The notes below the pieces were generated by a model that had not been told where the DNA came from, made no database searches, and saw nothing but the letters and a program-made list of their open reading frames with translations. Shown here piece after piece: positions 42,677 through 50,557 of a stretch of 64,000 nt of DNA (position 1 is its first letter; every line of letters starts with the position of its first letter). Where the stretch lies: assembly GCA_977017575.1 (NCBI GenBank), contig CDRNVI010000004.1:62001-126000 (forward strand). The letters are read 5' to 3'. The DNA is from Paramoeba atlantica (Eukaryota > Protista > Discosea). A program made the position numbers and the translations under genes.

Positions 42677-43426
42677 TTAGTATCCATACCCTCCACGCCC
42701 GGCTACTGCACCTCCACCGCGTCCATAGGCGGACGGGGCTCCGCCCACGTTGCCATACGCGGCAGTGGTCCCCATACCGGCACCCGCACTCGCGGCGTTA
42801 GCCCCATACGGGTTGTACACCGAGGGCTGCTGGTAGCCACCGTACGCTGTGCCATAGGCTCCACCCATGGAGCCACCACGGCCGTACGCGGCATTGTACC
42901 CGTAGCCTCCGTAGGCGTTGCCGTATCCCCCATAGCCGGGGTTGCCATAGGGAGACATGCCACGTCCGTAGGGCATCATTCCCCCACGGTTGTACTGGGT
43001 ACCATACATGCCATAGCCACGGCCACGGCCAAAGCCTCGACCACGTCCTCGGTAGTCACGCACGGTGTCACGCTTCGCAAAGACATCAATGGTGTTGCTC
43101 TTTACTGTGGTGTTGTGTAGCTGAATCGCACGCTGCAGGCCATCGGGCTCTTCAAACTCAACGTACGCACAGCCTTTGATCTCTCCGGTAGATAAAACAG
43201 GAACGGCAACGCGCTTGATTGCACCACAGCTTGCAAAGTGTGACTCAAGGTCTTCTTTCGTAGTAGTAGGGTGGAGATTACCCACATAGGCCGATACGTT
43301 GGAGATAGTTCCATTCTGTGCCTGATCATTGGCAGAAGCTTGCTGTTGGCTTTCGTCGGCATAAGTCGGGGATGCGCTCTGCTCTTGCTGGTTGTAGTAG
43401 TTAGATACGGTACTTGCTTCCTGCAT
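42677..43426 (-). CDS. RRM + RGG/YG-rich RNA-binding protein, PABPN1-like (copy 1)
   Basis: SAYVGNLH..KEDLESHFASCGAIKRV..KGCAYVEF..VFAKR resembles the PABPN1 RRM. Confidence 0.8.
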   Translation of the reverse strand: MQEASTVSNYYNQQEQSASPTYADESQQQASANDQAQNGTISNVSAYVGNLHPTTTKEDLESHFASCGAIKRVAVPVLSTGEIKGCAYVEFEEPDGLQRAIQLHNTTVKSNTIDVFAKRDTVRDYRGRGRGFGRGRGYGMYGTQYNRGGMMPYGRGMSPYGNPGYGGYGNAYGGYGYNAAYGRGGSMGGAYGTAYGGYQQPSVYNPYGANAASAGAGMGTTAAYGNVGGAPSAYGRGGGAVAGRGGYGY

Positions 43427-43828
43427 ATTAATTTGGATAGATTTTTGTCGCTTAAAATATCATAAAACTCTATTTTCAATACAGAGTAATTACGTCATGT
43501 TTTGTTCGTCCAATTGTAAAATACACCACTCACCTACAAAATGCACAATACGTGTATAAGTTTTGTTTAAGTATAAGCGCTACCATAAATACAATAATCT
43601 TGTCTTGTAAGTTCAATATTCAAGTAAATAAGTTCTTTGTCAATGTTTTTCCGCGACCCATAAAAAAAGCACAATCACTAAAATGAATTTTCAAAGTTCT
43701 TTCATTCTTCCTACACATCAATGAGTTCTCTTTGATTCTGACGAAAACTCTCAATATCTTTTACTTGCTTATGTTACTTGTATTCTTTTACATTCTTTCT
43801 CTTTTCTAACAATTTTTTCTGCGAATAT

Positions 43829-44596
43829 TTAGTATCCATACCCTCCACGCCCGGCTACTGCACCTCCACCGCGTCCATAGGCGGACGGGGCTCCGCCCAC
43901 ATTGCCATACGCGGCAGTGGTCCCCATACCGGCACCCGCACTCGCGGCGTTAGCCCCATACGGGTTGTACACCGAGGGCTGCTGGTAGCCACCGTACGCT
44001 GTGCCATAGGCTCCACCCATGGAGCCACCACGGCCGTACGCGGCATTGTACCCGTAGCCTCCGTAGGCGTTGCCGTATCCCCCATAGCCGGGGTTGCCAT
44101 AGGGAGACATGCCACGTCCGTAGGGCATCATTCCCCCACGGTTGTACGGGGTACCATACATGCCATAGCCACGGCCACGGCCAAAGCCTCGACCACGTCC
44201 TCGGTAGTCACGCACGGTGTCACGCTTCGCAAAGACATCAATGGTATTGCCCTTCACTGTCGTGTTGTGTAGCTGAATCGCACGCTGCAGGCCATCGGGC
44301 TCTTCAAACTCAACGTACGCACAGCCTTTGATTTGACCCGTGGGATGAACCGGAACGGCAACGCGCTTGATTGCACCACAGCTTGCAAAGTGTGACTCAA
44401 GGTCTTCTTTCGTAGTAGTAGGGTGGAGATTGCCGACGTAAGCGGACACGTTAGAGATAGTGCCGTTTTGCTGCGCATTATGCTCAACACCGGCATTGTA
44501 CATGGGGGATGTGGGTCCTGAACCCTGTTGATTGTCCATACTCATCTCTTGTTCCCCGTAGGAAGGCTCAGCTTGAGGAGCAGCTTGATCGGACAT
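43829..44596 (-). CDS. RRM + RGG/YG-rich RNA-binding protein, PABPN1-like (copy 2)
   Basis: Tandem paralogue of 42677..43426 with a different N-terminus; start MSDQAAP assumed. Confidence 0.8.
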   Translation of the reverse strand: MSDQAAPQAEPSYGEQEMSMDNQQGSGPTSPMYNAGVEHNAQQNGTISNVSAYVGNLHPTTTKEDLESHFASCGAIKRVAVPVHPTGQIKGCAYVEFEEPDGLQRAIQLHNTTVKGNTIDVFAKRDTVRDYRGRGRGFGRGRGYGMYGTPYNRGGMMPYGRGMSPYGNPGYGGYGNAYGGYGYNAAYGRGGSMGGAYGTAYGGYQQPSVYNPYGANAASAGAGMGTTAAYGNVGGAPSAYGRGGGAVAGRGGYGY

Positions 44597-44943
44597 GTTC
44601 ATAAAGGCAATTAAAATCTTTTTCACTAGTGTTCATAAAAACATAAGGAGTGTGTTTTTTCATTGCATTCGAAGTCTGCATTTAATTACTATAATAGCGC
44701 AAAGACGACTAGTCCTAGCCGGGAAAATTCTAAAAACACATTCTAAAAAGCAAACAATAGCGGGAATATGCAGATTTAGAAAAGTAATGTCTAAAGTATA
44801 GTGTATTTAAAACAATCGCATGGTTAAAAGTTGCGCATTAGAGACTACGTAACAGTATTTTCGTGTAACGTTTTGGTGGACTGATTTTGATGTCATTTTT
44901 AAGAATTTCTAAAAAGATTTAATTTAAATAAAAGTAAAGGTCT

Positions 44944-45600
44944 TTAAGCCCTAATGCCGGCTGCCCTCCAATGCTGGACCGCCGACGTAAGAATGGCGGA
45001 ATTGCCCTTTTGGATGGCGATTCCTATCGCCATCACCACGTGCCTCACGAAACCGTACCGGTCTGACGTTGTGCGGGCAATTCTTTTAAGAAACAGCATT
45101 TTCTCTTTCCCCGCGACTCCGAACACCGTGAACGCCAAAGGGAAAAAGCTTACATTTCGGCTCGCCGCCATGTCCCCGTGCACTTCCCCTTTTTTTGCCT
45201 CAGTGCTTTCAAGTGTTTTTCCGGGAGTTTTTAGTTCCGCTTCCACGTAGGAGGGAGCCAGCGGATTGCAGATTGTGACGTCTACAACGCATAGCTTACT
45301 GCCCATCGCGAAACAAACGTCCGGACCCTTTCCGTCAGAGAATCGGGGCTCATGTAAGTCAGGGCAGAACCCATATTTCTTTAATATTCGAGTGAAGACC
45401 TCCTTCACCATCTTGTGACGAGTGGCAGCGGTGGCCTCTTTGACTTTATGACAGTCTAGTGCATGAACAACGTACTGTGCGTTTGCTAACGTTTCCCCGC
45501 ATATGCATTGCACTATAGGGCTCGAAACGGGGGCAATCATATAGCGTATCCGCGCCGCTGTTTAGTGTATATCATCCCTATTTTCTACATTTTCTGTTTA
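44944..45600 (-). mobile_element. 5'-truncated non-LTR retrotransposon 3' end (CRE/SLACS-type zinc knuckle + restriction-like endonuclease)
   Basis: CICG..H..C zinc knuckle, RHKMV, PD..DVT, E.KK, FFPLAF..FG..G and QKGNS motifs typical of CRE-clade RLE domains. No RT domain upstream. Confidence 0.75.
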
Positions 45601-46235
45601 TTAAGCGACTACGTATTCGCTTACTCTGAGTACGGCGAGTACAGTACACCCCCGTTCACCCTGTTTTGCCCTGTATTATGCACCTCGAAAAAATGCTTGA
45701 AACTGTATAAAAAGTGGTTATTCGGCGTTTCTAGGAAGAGTTCTTTTCAGGAAAAATATTTTTTGCCATGACAACCCCATTGTACTCGTTTGCGAGGGAG
45801 GGTAACTTTCAGTTTTCCCGTAAAGTGACATTTTAACATTTTTTTGGTATAATCAATTTTTCACTTTGTTTATAGCAGTTGCACAGAGGAAAGGGTGGCT
45901 TACAATGCAAGAATGTAATTTACAACTAGCATCGTCATCCGACACACGAAAATAGCTTTTTTATGAATGTTGTTAGGACCAGGAAGAGGTTCCGAACTTA
46001 CTTCCCCATTACGGGGTTGTGTCCAACATTTGAAGAAGGTACCTTTTTAAAGAAACGGTATCTTTATCGTTTGAGTAGAGTACTAGAGCACCGTACTCGC
46101 TTACTCGGACAATACATGTTTTATCGGAAACATGTACGCTCGGCACATGTACATGTTTTATGCACAAGATAATTAAAGCTAAAATACCTGTATATAAATA
46201 GGCATGATCCTGCAATTTTCTTGAGAGAAGCCACC

Positions 46236-46856
46236 CTACGCAGCAATAATCCCAGTGTTCCCGATATCGTACCTTTGTAATGATACAGGCAAAACCCTTT
46301 TATTTATAAGCCCGTATAAGCCTATGTTCCATTCCAAATAAAGCACAGAGAGAGCAGGTGGAAGAGAGTGGAATTCAACAAGTCCACTAAATTTATTGTG
46401 ATTTAGACGCAAGTCTTCCAAAGACTCAGGAAGATGAACCAAGTTTACACTCCCAGAAAAGAGGTTGTTGCCGAGGTCAAACTTGATGAGCCCGGGTGGC
46501 AACTTGTCAAAAGGTACCTCTCCCTCAAAGAAATTTTCAAGTTCCCCACAATGAAACACGCGGTCCGCAAGATTCAGCTCGAGTAAGGTTTGGGGAAGAT
46601 CCTGGAAAGAGACGGTGCCTTTTAACGCTTCACCAGGCCAACTAATTGACGTGATCTCTCCATGCTCTTCGCAATTTACACCCTTCCATGTAGAGACGGG
46701 CTTATCAACCTTCCACGAATCGTCTGGATTTTGTATTCCTTGGATAAATTTTTCCATTACCAACTCTTGTGGGAGAGTGAAACGGCGAGCCTTTCCCAGA
46801 ACGGTAGACTTGACCACTGCGTCTGCGCCTTTTACAAAGTTTAAACACCTGCTCAT
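46236..46856 (-). CDS. Short leucine-rich repeat protein (family member 5)
   Basis: LPQELVMEKFI..WKGVNCEEHGEITSISW cap plus LP..L..L...N.F.G repeats. Confidence 0.85.
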   Translation of the reverse strand: MSRCLNFVKGADAVVKSTVLGKARRFTLPQELVMEKFIQGIQNPDDSWKVDKPVSTWKGVNCEEHGEITSISWPGEALKGTVSFQDLPQTLLELNLADRVFHCGELENFFEGEVPFDKLPPGLIKFDLGNNLFSGSVNLVHLPESLEDLRLNHNKFSGLVEFHSLPPALSVLYLEWNIGLYGLINKRVLPVSLQRYDIGNTGIIAA

Positions 46857-47062
46857 GAATTATTTTAGAAATTGTACACGAATAGAAATAAGGACAGGGC
46901 GATAAATGGAAGTGATGATAATCCTAGGAACGCCGCATGAAGAGCATAACAGAGTCTATGCTTTAAAATACTTATTGTGATCCCCCCAACTTACGTATAG
47001 TGACTTCTTTCTCACTCGATATGCATTATCGAGCGCATGTTAATTATTCAATGAGCAAAACC

Positions 47063-49612
47063 TCAAAAATGTTTCAAAACTTCAAGTAAACTCTCTTCAA
47101 CGAGAATCCCTTGAGATTGAAGAGAAAATACTTTTCTTTTGAGCAAACGATGCAGTTCTGCAGCTTCCTTTGTGTCACTGTAAGATGCACAGGAAATGAG
47201 TTCACGGATAAGTGTCTGAGCTATCCTACTGCACAAGCAAGAGCTGAATAGAAGTTGCTGTACGCTTTCAACCAACATCCCAGATAGATTATTATGGGAT
47301 ACATCCCCCGAAGCAGCTTCTTCTGAAGTGTCGGGCTGATTTGCGGCGCTACTTTCTTCATTCCCCAATGGCGCAACACTCGATCTTTGTCTTAGCAGCA
47401 TGCGAATTGTGTATAGGTTCTGGCAGTACTGAAGGATTGTTCGTACCGACAAATGCATGCCATCGAATGATACTTTTGGAATAAGGAATAAACTCACTGC
47501 CCGGCCAATGTTTTCCAAATGGGTGCCTGCTTGATTGGGTAATACATTGCTGAGATAGGTAATGACTGATTTTGGTAGATGCTTGCACGTTTCGGACAGG
47601 CGCCGATAGCCTCCCACTCGTATGTCCCAATTCTTGTCATGGACACTGTCCTCAGCTTCGTTCAACGGTGATCCTTTCGAGAAAGCAGCGTTTAGTACGT
47701 GAAGGATACCAAGAATTTTCTTGTCCGCTAATGTACGTGCTTCACACGTATACGTTGTGCGTGCCAGCGAAACAACATATTCCTCTACAGTAACCAACGA
47801 AAATGGATCGATCGACCCCTGCAAAAGTGCTTCGACCGCTGCACGGGGTATACGGTCGGATAAGACATCCACAGTGAGGTCGCCAATCCGTACCACCGCC
47901 TCCCACTTCTCGTGGCGCTCCCCTAGGAACTTTCGATAGCGTTGACGCACGGCAAGTTGTCGTTCGCTGGTGGATTTCCAGCCATAATGCAGTCGTTGAA
48001 CAAAGAGTTCGGCGTTTCGAATAGAATCCATCACGCAACTGTTTCTTGTGGTTTCCAAACTCCAATTATCAACCCGTGCTGTGAGTTCTTTGCGGCGGTC
48101 AATCGTAGGAGCCAAAGAAAGATAATCAAATGCTACCCCACAGGAGGCAGAGGGAATACTATGAGCAAACTCGGTAATAACAATATCGTGCAGACGAGAC
48201 CGCTCACAGGTCTTTGGAGCAACAGGGTCGATAAGTGCGTTGATCCAGTGTGCTCGAATCCAAAAGTACCATGAGGGAAGATTGGGTGGTAAATTCTCCG
48301 AAGCCTCCTTCGGTTGGGTCATCGGTTCGGGTTCTATTCCAGTCTTATCTTCCTTAACATAAGTTTGAAGTGCATCAAACAGGAGTTGCACGTTAGCGGC
48401 AGAGAGAGAAGATTCACACCCCTGACTCAGAACCACATCCAACAGTCGGTGTAGGGAGGTATCCTCGGTATCGCATCCGCATTGTAATTGGGGGCGCATT
48501 GTAGTCAGTACCTTGTGCACACTACGGGGTGTTAGGTCTCTTTTGGTCCCGTTGATGTAGAGAAGATAGCCGCAGAGCCACCAGTACACGTCCAACGACA
48601 TTTCATTTATTACCGTAATCATTGCATTGGAATCTCCGGATACCGCTTCCAGAACTTTAAAAAGTGCGGAGAAACACTGCGCAAACTGCTCTCTGTTTTC
48701 CTTGTTGCTGCTGCCGGCAATAAATTCGTCGTCATGCAAGGAAGCCTCCAATGACACCAGATCGCTGTGCATATTTTTTCCTTTATTTTGCCACAAAATC
48801 AGATCCTCTATATGAGAACAATAGAGATCAGCCTTTTTTAAAGAATCGGGTTGCAAGGGATCTGTTTTCGGAATCCCATCAGGAAACGTTGCGCTCATAG
48901 AACGAATAGGGGATATCGATAGATGCTCTCCAATGCGCAGAAAAGTGGTAAAAGCATCCAAACTCGTAGACTCCTCACCTAATAATTCGCTGATATCCTT
49001 TTCCAGATAGCCCAGTAAGGCTCGACACTGGTCTGCTTCGCCATGAAGTGCAGAACAAATAAATTTAGCCAAATGGCTGTTCCAGTTCTGCTCAGATTCA
49101 AAAACTTCCTCAGTGGGGTAGCAGCGACGATGCCAGTCAACGATAAGCCACATTGCTAAAGGATTGTCACATAGAGTACTCCGAGATGCATGACTTGGTG
49201 AGACTAGCCAGCGCAAGACATCGAATAAATCCCAGCCTTGAAGAACGTTCTTCACAGATTGCAATTCCTTCTCCCCAACGCTGACTGACAACACAGCAGT
49301 TTGATTTCCTTGGTTCATCATTTTCATTTTCAATAGCGGTACGAGATCGGTATTAACTAGCCCTCGGTATTTCGCACTTTGGTGCAATCCCTTAATTGTA
49401 CTCTCAAGTTTGTTACTCGCTAGCGCAATCTTGTTTTCTTCCCCTCGAAGTGTCGTTGAAACGGCTGTGGCATCTCCAGCAGCATTCTGCCACGTAGTAG
49501 ACTCTAGTGCAGAACGGTCGTGATTCAACTTTTCAAAAAGTGTCCAGCCGTGTAAATAAAATGCATTAGTTTCATCTGCTGTTGCGGGCCGACAAGATTC
49601 AGTGCTCAACAT
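47063..49612 (-). CDS. NUP85: Nucleoporin Nup85-like (tentative)
   Basis: WWLCGYLLY, WIRAHWINAL..RLHDIVITEFA..AFDYLSLAP resemble the Nup85 core. Start MLSTE assumed; the ORF track extends to 49681. Confidence 0.55.
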   Translation of the reverse strand: MLSTESCRPATADETNAFYLHGWTLFEKLNHDRSALESTTWQNAAGDATAVSTTLRGEENKIALASNKLESTIKGLHQSAKYRGLVNTDLVPLLKMKMMNQGNQTAVLSVSVGEKELQSVKNVLQGWDLFDVLRWLVSPSHASRSTLCDNPLAMWLIVDWHRRCYPTEEVFESEQNWNSHLAKFICSALHGEADQCRALLGYLEKDISELLGEESTSLDAFTTFLRIGEHLSISPIRSMSATFPDGIPKTDPLQPDSLKKADLYCSHIEDLILWQNKGKNMHSDLVSLEASLHDDEFIAGSSNKENREQFAQCFSALFKVLEAVSGDSNAMITVINEMSLDVYWWLCGYLLYINGTKRDLTPRSVHKVLTTMRPQLQCGCDTEDTSLHRLLDVVLSQGCESSLSAANVQLLFDALQTYVKEDKTGIEPEPMTQPKEASENLPPNLPSWYFWIRAHWINALIDPVAPKTCERSRLHDIVITEFAHSIPSASCGVAFDYLSLAPTIDRRKELTARVDNWSLETTRNSCVMDSIRNAELFVQRLHYGWKSTSERQLAVRQRYRKFLGERHEKWEAVVRIGDLTVDVLSDRIPRAAVEALLQGSIDPFSLVTVEEYVVSLARTTYTCEARTLADKKILGILHVLNAAFSKGSPLNEAEDSVHDKNWDIRVGGYRRLSETCKHLPKSVITYLSNVLPNQAGTHLENIGRAVSLFLIPKVSFDGMHLSVRTILQYCQNLYTIRMLLRQRSSVAPLGNEESSAANQPDTSEEAASGDVSHNNLSGMLVESVQQLLFSSCLCSRIAQTLIRELISCASYSDTKEAAELHRLLKRKVFSLQSQGILVEESLLEVLKHF

Positions 49613-49766
49613 ACGAAATTCGGTGATAAAGTGTAAAATCAAAAAGTATTGCGCTGATGGTATTATTATAATACCATACATTATATGTATAATATATATT
49701 ATTATAATACCTTACATTATAATTTATAATGTATGGGCCGCTCACACGAGTTAATTTTATTTCTAT

Positions 49767-50426
49767 GGACACTATGAAGATTTGTATGGCACTGGATGGC
49801 AGCGGATGGCACTGGATGACTAATTTTTGTGTCCAAAAAAGAATTATGTACTTGTGTACTAAAAAACTTGTGCACTACAAGTAACCAAAACTAAAATTTG
49901 TGGGACGGTTTGCGCACATCTGAATAAAAGTAAGGAAGTAATCGAGACAATCTTTTTCTGAAACTTACGTGCTTACATCGCCTCCGAATACTGGAAACAG
50001 AGTCAAGAACTTTCCCACCCTCGTGATCGTGAAGACATTTCTCTTCGGTCACAACGCAAAAAATCTTCAAAAGTTTTTGGTGTGTCTCCATCATGCTTTC
50101 ACTTTAAAATTCAACTCAGGTCCGCACATGTACATGACAGAGAACGCACAAGAAGAGACCGAGAAAATATCTTATTTTACAAAAGGAAAGGAAAAGACGT
50201 GTTTTTGAAAAATGAGTACAATTGAATCCGACATTAGCCGCTTTTTCATACTGTATCATGGCCATCACTTGTCCTACAACATCTGGCGGAAATGGAAAGT
50301 TCTTCGGTCCTCAAAATCAAAAAAAAGGTCTTCGGTCCTCGCTCATATCTCCGTTTTGGATGGCACTGGATGGCACTGGATGGCAGCGCATGGCACCGGA
50401 TGGCAATGAACAACTGCATAGTGTCC
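49767..50426. mobile_element. 660-bp non-coding element, 10-bp TIRs, possible 3-bp TAT TSD, 10-bp subterminal tandem repeats
   Basis: GGACACTATG (49767-76) / CATAGTGTCC (50417-26), flanked by TAT on both sides. GGATGGCACT-type repeats at 49785-49820 and 50358-50405. Confidence 0.65.
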
Positions 50427-50557
50427 TATGATTCATGCGAAAAACTATACTCTACCATAATACTTGGACATCTTTATACCATATACATGAAATTTCAGAT
50501 ATCAACTAAACACCTACTGAATACACTCAGCAAGCTCCGCGGATGCATCTTTTGCAT

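Noticed and set aside
45611-46108. MITE defined by GTA(C/T)TCGCTTACTC repeats at 45611 and 46091
   Set aside because: An 18-bp imperfect direct repeat with only partial inverted copies and no TSD; probably TE debris, but boundaries cannot be supported.
44880-46230. Spliced-leader RNA gene or tRNA genes
   Set aside because: No AACTAACGCT-like mini-exon start or tRNA T-loop/cloverleaf was found by eye. A covariance-model scan was not run.
49785-50405. CRISPR-like array (GGATGGCACT repeats)
   Set aside because: 10-bp tandem units without spacers, no cas genes, eukaryotic context; better explained as TE subterminal repeats.
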